Shown: piece by piece, positions 1 through 13,452 of the stretch
Layout of the letters: each line of letters begins with the position of its first letter
Numbering within the stretch: position 1 is the first letter of the stretch
Assembly (NCBI GenBank): GCA_012026655.1
Contig: JAAILG010000792.1
Span: forward strand, 1 to 64,000
DNA length: 64,000 nt
Direction: 5' to 3'
DNA from: Hydrolagus affinis
Lineage: Eukaryota
Notes under the pieces: model-generated
The model's database searches: none
The model's input: the letters and a program-made list of their open reading frames with translations, nothing else
What the model was told of the DNA's origin: nothing
Translations under genes and position numbers: made by a program

Positions 1-168
1 CTTTTAAAAGGGAATTAGATCTTTATTTAGGGAGAACAGGTCTATTAGGCTATGGGGAGCGGGCAGGGCAGTGGGATTGAATCGCTCTTTTCAAAGAGCC
101 GGCACAGACTAGATGGGCCGAATGGCCTCCTTTTGTGCCGTAAAATTCTATGATTCTATGATTCTATG
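1..168 (+). mobile_element. CR1-clade LINE 3' end (truncated by window edge)
   Basis: Typical CR1 3'UTR motif gatgggccgaatggcctcctt..tgtgccgtaa followed by the octamer tail (ATTCTATG)x3 at 145-168. Confidence 0.85.
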
Positions 169-1801
169 AGGCAGAAGTTGGTTAAAAGTAGCACTGCTTT
201 CAACAGGTCTAACTTGATGAGCTGAACAGATGTTGCTGTAACCCAGCGATTCTTCCAGCTTCCTCCACAACTTGGTGTTGTCCTATCAATTGACGCATTT
301 ATTGGCCTATCTTAATGGTATACACTTCTGTAATAGAATGGACCCATGTGTCAGTGACTAACCTCTCAACCCAAAACGTAAACAAAGGCAAAAACTTAGA
401 AACCAAAGTAGACGGGACGAGTGAGTGGGTGTTTGTTCCTGAGATCCCTTGAGGTAGCCAAAGTGGGTTAAGCTCAGGAGGTGAGGTATTTGACAGCTGC
501 TTACAAACTGTGCTGGTGTCATGGTTCAGAAGGGCTGGCATGTTGCTCCGATAATGTGGTGTGAGCTATGAATGAGAGCACCACTGTGTGACTGATGAGA
601 TAAGACCTCGCTCTGAGGAGTTTGGAGAGGGAGGTGGGGTGGGGGGGGGGGAGTGGGGAGAAAGCGCCCTGTGATAAGAGTCATTTTCTTCATCGAGAGA
701 ATATCAGCCCCAAATCTATAACACCTTTCAGTCTGCGCTTGATCATATAAGGTACTCTTGTCAAGGTCGACAACAGTTGTTATGGAGCTTCATTTTAGTT
801 TAACATTGTACAGTATTTGAACACCACAGTAACGTGAATAATTTCCAGTGCTCGAGCTGTGTCAAATTCTGTGAAAACCCACGTTGTGAATCAAGATCTG
901 CTGGTTGTGGTCTCCTGGATCCAGCATTGAAACTTCGCATAGGAGTAGCCATTCAATTTGTAATGGGAATTTCTCTTGAGTACTCATTATTATCCTTCAA
1001 GGCCGCTGCTTTGCGGTGGATGCTGTTGAACCCCTTTTATTTTCTGCGTTCATTGCATAAAATTACATTGCCGCTACTTGGCTGGTCAAAAGGCACTACA
1101 AATGCATTGACATAAAAAAACCCAGGGATTTGATTGAACTTTTCCATCCTTCTACATCATTGATCCATAAGGACTGAAATGTATTACCCAGGCTGTAAGG
1201 AGAGGATGAAGAATTTAAAAAAAACTCTGCTGACAGAAGTTATTATTTTGATGACAGGCAATTTGGATTATTAGATAACTGGAGCAAATGAAAAATAGTG
1301 ATCAATCATCAGTCTGAGCTGGGTAAATATTTTTATTGTGAGCAGGAAAGAAAGGTTTCACCAGCTCACAAGGTTGGGCTAATGACAGTGATTGAAGATA
1401 TTTTTCAAGATTTTGAAAGCAAGTGGAAAGCACAATATCAAAATGCTATAGGGGAGACAAAGCAATATTGGCTGCCCTTCTGTGCATGTGCGCTGACTCT
1501 TTTCCCTTTCAGTTGTGCGATTTAACAATGTACAGTATTAAGGTACAGACTATTATCAGTGTGCACTGATTTGCGTGCTGCGGCTGCATTGTTGTTTATT
1601 GAAGGAGATTCATCGATGACTATTACCTTTATGTTTGTTGGATGTGAAATTTTTTCCTAATAACTGACCCCTTACTATCTCTTTTAAGTCCATATTTTTC
1701 CCAAGTGATTATCAATGTGCATCTTACAAGCAGTTTGGTGCACTATGCAAGCAGCGGTGATATGATTCTGCTTGGGCACTCTTATTCTAGACTCAACAAA
1801 T

Positions 1802-2094
1802 TAATAATAATAATTCTTGCATTTGATATGGCACTTTTCAATTCTAGACGTCTCAAAGCGCTTCACAGAATATACTGTAAAGTAAATTGACTGTATATGT
1901 GGGGGGCAGTTGCGCACAGCAGTGTCCCACAAACAGTCATGGATTGAACCAAACTTTTTTTTTCTTTTCGTGACGGATTATTATCAGGCAAGTGGAGTAA
2001 GGAAACTTGCTGAAGATTTTGCCCTGCCTGGAATTGAGCCCAGGTCTCTCATTTGCAAGGCGAGAGCTCTATCCACTGAGCCACAATACTCCAC
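1802..2094 (-). mobile_element. Young tRNA-derived SINE, near full length
   Basis: Minus strand: A-box (tggctcagtgg) and B-box-like head, body shared with many other copies in the window, L2-like stem-loop and (ATT)n tail. Confidence 0.85.
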
Positions 2095-3080
2095 TAAACA
2101 GTGAGTTCCAACAGTGATTCAGTGTCTTTCAATCTACTCTCTTTTCCTTCTCATATTCTCCTCTTGTTCCCCCACCCCAATACAATTGACTGCGGTTCAG
2201 CCCATTTTTACATCACAACTTGACTCTGACCTGGCACCATCCTGTACGGAACCCAGTTGAAAACTGAGGATACCCTTCAATCAACTTTCAGCTCCTAACC
2301 TCGGTGTGATTGAGTTCAGCGTGAGGTTTGTTTAGTTGGCTGCCTCCAGTGTGGATCGATAATAACCCTGTTACGCTGAGGTATGTCATTCCGACTCACT
2401 TTACACTCCGTTCAGATCACTTTAATCTGAACTGAATAGGATTTACTTTCCATTTCCACTGCTCTCGAGTCCGACCTGGGGAATGCATAGTGCAGTATGA
2501 AATGTCACACTGACACAGGGGCAGGAAGTAGATATCAAATTCACTCATACGTTATGATTAGCCAGAGTAACATCTACTGTAATCACAGTTAATGATCAAT
2601 TAAAGTTGCATTTACAGTGATAAGCCGTTTATCCCCATATACACTTATCCAAACTGACGGATTCATGTGAACGCACTGGACTGTGCGACTCAGAACACTT
2701 CTTTGTACAATTATATACACCACTGGTAACTCCCGTGTACTGTCAAGTTGGCTTGACAAAAATATTTATACAGTATTTGGATCTTTATTTCTGTATTTGT
2801 GATGAATCGGTGTTTTCCAACAAGTTCTGTCCAGCGATTTCATTTTGGAAATGTTTTAGTCCTGAAGGAGTTTCAGTACAGTGGGTTTGATCCCTTTTCC
2901 ACCCATTTTGAATACCTATATTTCCCTGCAGCTACCCCCTCCACCCCTTCAGCACTGTGTTGGTTGTGTAAACAGATACTGTGTATGAGGTGTCTCCCTT
3001 CAAAACAGCTGGTTTCAACCCCATGTCATCTCTTATGGAGATGGAAGCAGCTTTCAACAGCTAGAGCGTTGCTCCGTATA

Positions 3081-3845
3081 CAACAATAACAACAAATTAT
3101 GTTTGTATAGCTCCTATTATGGCAGGAAGACGCCCCGAGGCACTAAACAGTCATTTGGACCCGAGCAGGAGGTTGGGATCAGAAGGGGTGGAAGGCAGAC
3201 AGGTAAGGGTTGGAGGGCAGCCGAAAGCAATAACAATAATAATCCTTGCATTTGATATAGTGCTTTTCACATCTTCCAGACATTTCAAAGCGCTTCACAG
3301 AATATACTGTAAAGTGCATTGACTGTCTATTTGTGAGTGACATTCAGCACAGTCGAAGAGGAGGGTCTTGAGATGTGCCTTGAAGAAGGTACAAGAGGGA
3401 ACGAGGCGAAGGCACTATGGGATGGAATTCCAAAGGGTGGGGGGCACAGAGGCTGAAGTAGGAAGTTTGTGTAGAGCCGAGATGTAATAAATGCATGGAT
3501 GAAGGTTTCGGTGACCTGAGGGGATGGGCAATGGCAGACCTGGGCGATGTTACAAAGTTTGGGGAAGGCAGTGAGTTTCATGGCACGGATGTGCGGTTAA
3601 AAAGTACAGTACAGATCATTCAGGAGGCCAGTGTTCCGGACTGGCTCAGTGAGATGGAGTGTATCAATGATTGGAGATGTTATCAGTGCCTGAGGTGTGG
3701 AGGCGCTGACGGGAGCCAATTAGGAGGACCTTGGCCTTGTTGATGTTCAACTGCAGAAAGTTAGTTCTCATCCAGGAATTGATGTCTGACAGACATTCTA
3801 ACATGACAGCAGTGATTCTGGAGTCGAGGGTAGACTGGTTGGTAT
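3081..3845 (-). mobile_element. L2-clade LINE 3' fragment interrupted by a SINE tail (~3228-3335)
   Basis: Minus-strand remnants LDSRITAVMLECLSDINSWMRTNFLQLN and IHAFITSRL; (CAA)n-like tail at 3081. Confidence 0.8.
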
Positions 3846-6611
3846 AGACCAACCAATGCCAAATTCCCTATCCTTTGTCTAAATACCGTGTATCATTTAG
3901 CTCTTGTGCCCAGCTCCACTATTCCCCCAAAACCAGGGCAATTATGCTTTCCCAAAACATGTCTGTTCCTGATGAGGCCTCACTAGTTCCTTCTATAGCA
4001 ACAATGACATGTCTTGATTTGTTCTGCTGATACACTACAGTACTTTTAGTTTTTTTCTGCCAAAAAGCACTGGACTGATGGTTTCATCGATTTATATACA
4101 ATAACCTCTAGATCGCTTTCCTGATCAGTACAATCAATATATATTCCATTTAACATAAGCTTCCTCTTCTGGTTGCTTGCTCCCTTGCTAGTTATTTCAC
4201 ATTGGACCACATGAACAATATTGCATTCCAACTACCCAAAGGATCCAAGTTAAAAATGAGCAAGAATAGAACCCAAGTGGAATGGTTTTGCATGAGTAAT
4301 AGACGTGAGCAGTAGGTTATCAGGCAGCAGATAGTAGCTTCAGTGATGGCAGCAGAGAGTGTAAATGAGTTCCAGAGGCAATGAGATGCATTGCTGCACA
4401 AAAAAAAATGGATTGAGGGATGTGGTGGTTAGAAAGCAGATAGCTGAGCCTGTGAACTAATGTAAAGAAAGAGACTTATTGAACCTAATGATCCAGCCCT
4501 AAAAAAAAAGTTCTTCACAATCACTGGTATATACAGTACCGACCTTTTCCCAGATAAATTGAAATTCTTCTATAATCTTTTTGCAAAACCCGGAACAGAA
4601 GTCATGTAAATAAATGTGCTGAAAGGCCATAATTATAAGTCGTCTGTCAACACTGTCTTGTAGCTATGTTTTTGCTGTTTTAAAGGCTGTGGTCAAAGTA
4701 GCCTGGGAGCGATTGTTGTGCATCAACACCCTGACATTTTGCTCCAGTGACATTTGTAAAGACTGCTCACAGCGATCATTGTGTAACATATTTGTTTGGC
4801 TGCAGTTGGTGGAGCATTGTGTCTGATTCTGGCCATATCACCCGAGGAAAGATGTGAAAGACCTGGAGAGGAACAAGAGGAGATTCACGAGGACGTTATC
4901 GGCGATGAGAAGTTTTTGTTATGAATTAGAGCAATTGAATAATAATTGGTATAGTGCCGAATCACGCCAGAAAGTCATCTCAAAGCCCATGTATCGGAAT
5001 TGCTATGAAAATGAGTGACTGTATTTGTAAGCAAACACAGCAGCATAATTGCACACAATAATATCCCACAAACAGCCATGAAATGAATGACCAATTTTTT
5101 GGGAAGGGATAGTTGCGACTGTTTTCACAAGAACAAAAAGGATTTAGAGGAGGCTATTTTATGGATAATTCAGAATTCTCCAATGTTTGAAGGGGTGAAT
5201 AAGGAAAAACTGTTCCCACTGATACAGTTAAAGTTAAACTATAAGGTGTATAAAAATTAAGATTGTTACGAAAGCAAACTAAGGGAGTGGTGAGGAGATT
5301 TATTTTCTACACACATAACCACACACAGAGTTTGTTGAGCCATGGCAGATACTGCCGAAAAAGTGTGGTTAATGCAGCGTCTGTAGCAGCTTTTAAAAAG
5401 AATTAAGCAAATATTTGCAAAAAGGGAAATGGCAGAGAGAAATAAGAGTGGAATAGGTAACTCTTTCAGAGAGTTAGCGTGCACATGAATTGATTAATTA
5501 AATCTGCTTCCACCTGTTCATTATATCACTGAGCTTTACACTGGGTGGCTGCCGATCAGCAGCTTAGATAGATGCCTGGGAATAGGTTAAGACTGATGGG
5601 AGATGGTACTTGGACTGCTCTTTTCTGTTAACATCATTTAATATTAACATAGCAATTGGGCTGAATATTGATTTCCTTTAAATAGAGTGAGTATGTATAT
5701 TGATTGGAATACCCAAGAGTCAATTTGTTCGTTCTTTGAAATGTTTCATTTAGATTTGGGGATCAGATATGATGTGCACATTTTTCTTGGAAAAATTTAC
5801 AAGTTTTAATCAGTTGCTGATTAGGAAGATATCAGTTTTTCATCCTGTTTTAGGGCAATTCGTTATTTCCTCATAAGTTTCAGCTGAGATCTAAATGAGC
5901 TGGGCAATTTGTGAAGTTTCTCAGATCATCTTCTGTGCTGTAAATCTCCGTGGTTCTATTCGGTACTGGAAATAGTTTCCCTCTTGTGTCCAGAAATGGT
6001 ATAAATTGTTCATTTTGTGTTTGGATTCTATTTGAATCTTTCTTTGGAGGCATAATTTAAAAATTATTTCTCTTTGTGTTCAAACGGTTGAAAATACTGC
6101 ATTTTCTTTTAGTTCTTGAACAAAATAAACTGAGCAGTCAGGAAGACTGAACGATTCAGTTTGCATCTTTCTAAATGTTGATCTGTTAACCCAATCTATT
6201 CAGAAAAACAGTTGATAGCTCATCATTTGTTAATTATCTTGGAGCTTATCCAGAGTTGCCTCATCGTTCTTTTCTGTGCTCAATCTTATGTAAAATCACA
6301 GGAGGGGTTTCGGACAAAGAAGGCCCTTTAGTCCATTTGATCTTATCTTTCCAGAATGCCCACCTTGCCTGTACTCTAACTCCAATTACAGATAGAAGAT
6401 GTTTCATAAATGTACGCAGTGTCCTGGCTTCTACTACAAAATCGTAAGATTGGTCTGGATGAAGAAGGCCGTTTGTCCTATCTGATGTCATCCCTCCAGA
6501 ACACGCACCCTGCTGCGCCTCCATCACCACGTCAAGCTCCGTCAAGCTGCCTTGGGATGTCCTCCTGACGCGAAAGGCGCTATACAAATGTAATTTTGTT
6601 GTTGTTGCTGT

Positions 6612-6770
6612 TTTAAATTAGTCCACTGTCCTGGCCTCTGCCACCTTTCCTGGCAGCTTGTTCCAGTTGTTGTTTATTGTCTGTGTAAAGAAAAACTTCC
6701 TGATATCTGTCAGGAATTTGCCTTTAACGATTCTAAACCTATGTCCTCTTGTTCTGCTGGGATGAAACAT
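6612..6770 (-). mobile_element. CR1 LINE ORF2 C-terminal fragment
   Basis: Translates to TRGHRFRIVKGKFLTDIRKFFFTQ..NNWNKLP, the characteristic CR1 ORF2 C-terminus. Confidence 0.8.
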
Positions 6771-7384
6771 GCTAAAATATTGATCTAAGTTTGTTTTCAT
6801 ACAAGATCCCCAATGAGCGTCGCCTTCCCTCAAGCCTGCCCATTTCCAATTGCTGATTGTCCTCTGAGTAACAAAATACTTGCTTACCCACCACAATTCT
6901 GTGAAGTGCTTTGAGATGCTTAATTATTTGAAAGGCACAATATAAGAAATTATAATAGTTGCATTTGATATGGCGCCTTTGTCGCGTCGTTGAAACGTCT
7001 CAAAGAGCTTCACAGAATATACTGTAAAGTGAATTGATGGTATAAGTTGTTGTTGCCTTGCCTTTCATTGGTGTATTGAAAGTTCTTCCTTTTGTCAAAA
7101 CTAATGTCCCATTTAGTTTACGGCTCCTCTGAAGGCAGTACTATCATCTAAACAGATGCTATTTAGCAAGGGATATCTTCCACGCTATCTGGACCAAAGC
7201 ACACATCGAAACTTGGATTTGGATGTAGCCGGGTTTGTAGCAATCCACTTTAGCGGTACTGTGTGTCCGGTACGGAGATTAGAAATCTGCCAACAGAACA
7301 GAGAATCAAGTCAGAAACAATGGAACATGAGCATTGTTGAATGAGCACTTCTTTCTGCACTAGTACTACATTTCCGTTTACAAC

Positions 7385-7570
7385 TCCAGCCGGCCCGTGG
7401 CCTTTATTGGTGCGATTGGCAGCTTAGTGTAGAATTGAGGTCAGCCATGTTCTGTGAGCCCACACCCACATCCACACCACTATCAAACAAAGAGGAGACT
7501 TTCATCCCGTCAGAGTGAGTTGGATTTGAACTCAGTTTCACTGAGGGACAAGTGAGCCAGGGCTCCCACT
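7385..7570 (-). mobile_element. Ancient LF-SINE-like SINE fragment
   Basis: Reverse complement gttcaaatccaactcactctgacgggatgaaagtctcc aligns by eye with 8815-8850 (gtccaaatccagcctagactgatagcatgaaatctcc) and with the remembered LF-SINE head. Confidence 0.5.
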
Positions 7571-7579
7571 TCTGAACAC

Positions 7580-7802
7580 GATCACGTGAGCCCTGCTGGA
7601 ATTGCCGTGTGAAGTTGTTGGCTTGATAACAGGATCGGATTTTGCTGTAATGCCCTCTATGATTGACTATTCTGCTGTCACTTGATGCCTGGGCATCACA
7701 TAAAGAATGGTCACTTGGGTAGCGTACTGCAGGGCTCCTGGCACCTATGAGACTATGCTCGAGAGGGAATCGGAAAGGGAGAAAATTATCATTTAAAAAA
7801 AG
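7580..7802 (+). mobile_element. Ancient AmnSINE2-like SINE, 3' half
   Basis: ccctgctggaa...acaggatcgg...gctgtaatgccctc...aagaatggtcacttggg...ggagaaaatt+A-run matches the motif order I remember for this family; partial match to 58375-58560. Confidence 0.5.
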
Positions 7803-8763
7803 CTGCAAACCATTGACAAAAATGGTATTATTGAATAATCAAGCTTTGATGGTGCTGTGCAGATGGTTAGAACCAAATTAGATTGTGAAAACTACGGTTG
7901 AAATGATTTAGTTTCAGCATTGTTGCCTTTTTTCTTGTGAGACTTTTGGAGGGATTTATATTGAAGGCGATAGAATTGATATCATTGTATTTGCCAATGG
8001 CGTGTACCTTTCCAGAAACTGATGTGTTCTTTTGTTGAGCGATTCTGGGACCTTATTTGGAGAAAATTTCAGCGCTATCATACTTATGTTTTATCTGCCT
8101 GAGGTTAAAGTTAACCTTTGAACACTGTTTGGGTATAACGTATCATTAGGCTTTTGGTTCTCAATTCCTGCCGTTAGCTTGAACAGTTACAAATGCTTCC
8201 CAACCTGTGCAGCGACATTGCTGTGAAGGTGTTTAAACGTAAATTGCTTTTGAGGCTCCTTGCAAAGGGCTGAACATAACCCTTGGGTGTTTAGGATAAC
8301 TGATGGTAAAGTTAACAGAAATTGATCAAGCTTATTTACTTCTATTGACTTCTACCTTTAGTTAACTGAATTTTGAATCTGAATCTAAATGAATACTTTG
8401 AAATACCTCCCCTGCTGATGACGATTTGATATATTGTTAGTCTTGTCGGCATTTGACCTAGTTAAGAAGCTGAACTATGAATGTGTTAAATCCCAGATTG
8501 ATGCATTTCCCAAACCAGTGCTGTGTTATGTCCTACTATTTCACAGAAAAGTGGGTCTGAGTTACTATTTTTCAGTTGCCTTCTCGACTTACTGTGTATA
8601 ACATTTTAATGCAGCATATGATTTATGCCCATAAATATGCAATTTAAATAAATTCTTTCAGAATAAATTGGCAAAATATGAATCTTGAAATGTTCCAGTA
8701 TTTAATGGAGAATGTCTCAGGATTATACTGTGTTGATGTGAATTTTAAACCTGGACGTGTTTG

Positions 8764-9165
8764 TGGCTGGGTGGCACATGGGTTTGGAATCTGTGCTTTC
8801 ATCTGTGGAATACAGGTCCAAATCCAGCCTAGACTGATAGCATGAAATCTCCATTTCAGCTGCCTGTGAGGGTCCTGTATTTGGATGGTCTGAACTTGGT
8901 TCCCGGTGAGCAGAAAACTGGCGATAAATTGGCTCCGATCAGCACTAGATAGACTATGAAAATGGCTGATGTGAGAAATGAAAATGTCATGTTGGCACAG
9001 AAAGCATTTCTCTATTGATGCTCTTCTGAGACTTGGACTGAATGAGTCAATGTTGGGACAAAGCAGAGGGAATTCTTAATTACTCTGCATCTGTCTTCCT
9101 TAACCTGGAATGCTTGATGCCAACATTGGGTAATATAGTGGAAATGTGTTCCATTCCCTCACCTT
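8764..9165 (+). mobile_element. Ancient LF-SINE-like SINE
   Basis: tRNA-like head (gctttcatctgtgg...tccaaatccagcc) then ggtctgaacttggttcccggtgagcag...aattggc; related copies at 7385-7570 and 42618-42808. Confidence 0.5.
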
Positions 9166-10084
9166 GAACTGAGCAAACAATACACTGGTTTCAGCCTGGC
9201 ACAGTTGATAATATTCTTACTTAATATTCGCCCACAAATATACAGTCAATTCACTTTACAGTATATTCTGTGAAGCGCTTTGAGACGTCCAGAAGACGTG
9301 AAAGGCGCTATATCAAATGCAAGGCTTACTATTATTATTACTTCTGGATCTGAAGGCTACAGTTTCAAGCCCGTTTTGGATGTAATTAAAGTGCTCCAAA
9401 ACTCCCGGAATGAAGGGCACTTTGTAAATGCAAGTTGTCGTTGTCTAGATTGATGCTCCAGTTCAACACTCAGGACCATCTGGCAGCATTGATGATATTG
9501 TCTTTTGGATGAGATGTTAAACCGAGTACTGTCATCAGTCCTTTATTCTTCTCCCCACCACCCCCAAAAAGTATTTTATAAAATAAACTGGTGTTTATTA
9601 AAAACAAAATTCCATTAAACAGCAACGACTGCTTGTAAAATCTTGGTTCAATAAGCGAGTAAGGTATCACTGGGACTTTTAAAGCCATACTCACATCACA
9701 AGATTTTTACTGCTAGAGCAGACAGCACCCACCCTACCTACTCATTTTAAAAAATCATTCCCCAAATTAAAATGGTTTTATGTTACAGTAACGCTAACAG
9801 GCATTACAGAGCGCAGACTACATTGAATGGGATACTATATTCTCTGGCTTGGAGATTGTGTCTTAAAAACAATGCCTGGATTGGCCCTTAAGGACAAAAC
9901 AAATAATACCAATTAAAGCCTTTTATGTATCCATTTATTTTGCTCACTTCAGCATCTGGATAATGTATGATGTCCTGAGTTTAACCCCTCTGGACAGTAT
10001 AGTATAGTACCAGACAAATCCAACAAGATATCCTTTTTTGTGTTTTATTTAGAGACTGTTTTTGAGTGCAGCTTAGTCTCAGCC

Positions 10085-10545
10085 GAAAAATGGTGGCACA
10101 AGTTCGATTAGAATGATTTTCTTCACTCAGAGGGATGTTGGAGTTCAGAATAAATTACCACAAATGGCTATTGAGGTTCGATCAGTGCAATTCTTCAACA
10201 GGGAGCTTTGTAAGAACTTCAGTGTTCCAAAACTCCTCCTTGCCACCTGTGTCCCCCTCTTCAGGTCGCATCTGAAGACCTTCCTTTTTGACAGTCCTTC
10301 CCCCTCCCTCCTGCTTGGTGTTGTTCTCTGCCACTGTCAAGTGCTCTGGGATGCTAACCCTGCATGAGGGCCGCTATATAAATGCAAGTTGTTATTGTTG
10401 TAGTTTTTGAGAAGTCAAAATACTAAGAGATACAAAGAGAGGACTGAAAAGTAGGATTCATTTGATTTAAAAAGGGTGTTTTTTTTGGATAATATGTTGG
10501 AATGGCATGAACATGATAGGCATATTCGCCTGTTCTGTATCTGAT
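10085..10545 (+). mobile_element. CR1 3' fragment with nested L2 3' end (~10225-10400)
   Basis: CR1-like FFTQRDVGVQNKLP; L2 LKTFLFD plus tail ctatataaatgcaagttgttattgttg; CR1-like 3'UTR resumes afterwards. Confidence 0.65.
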
Positions 10546-11714
10546 TCTCCTCTTTTAGAGCATTATTTCTTATTGATTGTATGTTAATTGTTTATCAATA
10601 CACAAAATTATTGAGAGCACAATTGTCAATTGCTGACTGGAGAAGTCAAGAAACATCAATACTATGGAGTGATTTGACGTCAGCATCAACCATATTGCTT
10701 TTGTTGGACCCATTACTCACTGCGGGAGCAGAAGTACCCAGCGAATGTGCATGTGAGGATGTATAATAGCTCTGATCCATTTCAAGGCTGATAGGTCTCA
10801 TCTTGGGATTCATATGTGGCTTGTAAACTGCTCGGACTTCATTCCTGTATTTTATGATGTCCTCTGAGTCTCAATGAGATTACTTCCTTTCAATCTCTTC
10901 CCGATATTCTTTATGATAACTTATCATTTAATGAGACCTAGGTTGCTCATGTTATGGATGTCTATACATGTATTTTGATGGGTGCAAAAGGCTATTCAGC
11001 TCTTGAAAGCTGATGTTTTGTCAGTGGTTGGTACTGTACGTGAATCTGTGTGGATCAGTCGAAGTAATCAGTTGCACTGATTTATGTCCAGGTGAATTGC
11101 TGCATTTTATAGCATTTGAATGTTGTCTTGGTACAGATAAGTTCATCGAAAACCTTGTACTGTAATTACGAGCGATGATGAGCTAAGGTTTTAATAATAA
11201 AAATAATATTAATAATAATAATACAAGCTAAGGTTGTGTGTGCATCTTCAGCAAGATATAACGGTTTGAGGCTTTACCCGGTGAAGAGGGTGCTTATATA
11301 AGTGCAAATTGTTGTTGAGATGCGTAGTGGTCCAATATTATGAGCGCAAACAAAGAAAAATGGCTGTTGATTGGTCTTCAAGTCATTCAGTTTTCCCCAA
11401 TCCTGTTTACAAATGCATGTTTTGGTGTGATATATGTATATTCTGACATTGATTCTGAGACTGGCAAAACGTCCGCTCTTTGGTGGATGATTTCCTGCTT
11501 CCCTAGTGTTGCTTTTCATTGGTGAATAGGTTTGGTCTTCAAAGTGGAAGTGATTAGATTTTGAGACGTCATTTTATAAAGAATGGATTGTATACCTGCT
11601 CTATTAGGTAGACTTCAAAGAAATAACTATGCCTCCGACCTCAGGGAGCTGTATTGTTTCTAGAGGGGTGGCACTGGAGATCTTGTAATCATAAGAATTA
11701 AGAGAACATTGTAG

Positions 11715-12028
11715 AGTTTCTAGTTCTCCATCTGCAAGGCCTTATATATTGAGAAAAGAAATTAGCCAATTTTGATCCACATTCGCAAAGGGAAGAGCAC
11801 TGTGAGATAGAGCAATATATATAGTTCTGTTTACCAAAGTACAAAAGGGAATATGGGAGAAATAAAGAGTATACAGAGGAAGGCAACCAGAATGATTGAG
11901 GGATTGGAGGGACTGGAGTATGAGGAACAATCAAGTAAATTGGGCGTTTTCACTCTGGAGAAGAGAAGATTAGAGGAGGTATGATTGCTGTCTTTATGAT
12001 TCTACAGGGCCAAGACAATATAGATCAT
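11715..12028 (+). mobile_element. CR1 LINE ORF2 fragment
   Basis: gtacagaggaaggcaaccagaatgatt...gagtatgagga...ctggagaagagaagattagaggagg corresponds to the CR1 motifs VQRKATRMI...LEKRRLRGDMI. Confidence 0.7.
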
Positions 12029-12688
12029 GTGGTGTCCTGTAGCTCAGTGGTTAGGTGGAGTCCAATAGCTCAGTGGTTAGAGCGCACCTGTCAAGCAAGA
12101 TACCTGGGTTTGATTCCCTCCAGGGCAAAACCTTGATTTTGTTTCCTTACTCCACACGTCTGATAATCTCTCAAGCAAAAAAAGCATAATAAAAATTGGT
12201 CACTTCTATCCATGACTGTTTGTGGAATACTGCTGTCTGTTCTCTCCGTTCAGAGAGCTCTAGCCTGCTTCATGTTTCCCACCCGACCTGCCCTCCATGG
12301 GCGGCCGGGCTTTCAGCTTCTCTACCCCCACCCATTGGAACTCCATCCCACAATCCCTTTGCCTTGCTCCCTCCCTTGTCTCCTTCAAGGCCCGACTCAA
12401 GACCCTCCTTTTTGACCGTGCCTTCAACTGTCCTCCAAGCTTTCTGCTGTTCCTAATCCCAACCCTGCCCTGCCCCCCTCCCCCCCACCTCCAACTCCAA
12501 TGCCTTGGGACATCCTCCTGATTTGAAAGGCACTCTACATATGTAATTTTGTTGTTGAATGCAATTAGCTGCCAGGTTTCGCCCACAAATATAGAGTCAA
12601 TTAAATTTACTGTATAGTCTGAAGCGTATTGAGACGTCTCTAAAGACATGAAAAGCGCTACATCAAATGCAAGAATTATTATTATTAC
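12029..12688 (+). mobile_element. Young tRNA-SINE split by a nested L2 3' fragment (~12238-12557)
   Basis: SINE head and body 12029-12237; L2 GGRAFSFSTPTHWNSIP..LKTLLFD with ttgttgttg tail; SINE resumes (gcaattagctgcc...) to an (ATT)n tail at 12688. Confidence 0.85.
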
Positions 12689-12690
12689 TA

Positions 12691-13124
12691 CAGTAAAACC
12701 TCGATAATCCGACATTCCAAAATCCGACAATTTAAAACCGGCAAGATTTAAAAGTACAAACAGCATTCATTTTTTTCCAATGTCTGGCAAATGCCCCAAA
12801 ATTCAGAACAGCTGCTTGCAGTTCATGATGACACCACTCTGTTATCTGGTGCTGTGGTTGCCACTCAGGCATTGTTTGGCTTCAATGCTGTGTTTACAAC
12901 AACAAGAACAACAACAAAATTACATTTATAGAGCGCATTTCACATTGTGTATGGGGGCGGGTGGGGGGGGAGGGTGGGGTGGTGGGAGTTACCTCAGCCA
13001 TTTCTAGGGTAGGTTCTAGAGTAGGTTATTGTTTATTGCAATCCTTATCATCCTAAATACCGGCAAACTCCGAAATCTGGGAGGTGAGTGGGCCCAACTG
13101 TGCTGGATTATAGTGAATTTACTG
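12691..13124 (+). mobile_element. Tigger/pogo-type MITE (non-autonomous), with a minus-strand L2 tail inside (~12897-12990)
   Basis: TA|CAGTAAAACCTCGATAATCCG ... CTGGATTATAGTGAATTTACTG|TA: imperfect TIRs beginning CAGTA, TA duplication. Confidence 0.7.
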
Positions 13125-13129
13125 TATTA

Positions 13130-13452
13130 TCTTTTATTATGATGTTTCAACTAGTCCAGAATAGTAAAACCAGAGGACATGGCCTGCGATTGAAGGGGGG
13201 TAAATTCAGAACGAATGTATGCAAACGCTATTTCAGTGAGCGAATAGTGTACCTGTGGAACAGGCTCCCAGGGAAATGATTAAAGCAGGAAGTGTTGCTT
13301 CTTTCAAACACAGATTAGATAGTTTTTGTTTAGGTAATAACATTATGGGATACAGTACACAGGTAGTTTGGCACATATGTGCATGTAACCGCCGGAAAGG
13401 TAGAAGGTGAACTAGATGGACGTTGGTGTATTTCGTCGAACATTTCTTATGT
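13130..13452 (+). mobile_element. CR1 LINE 3' end
   Basis: SKTRGHGLRLKGGKFRTNVCKRYFSERIVYLWNRLPG followed by CR1-like 3'UTR (gaactagatggac...tttcttatg). Confidence 0.85.
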
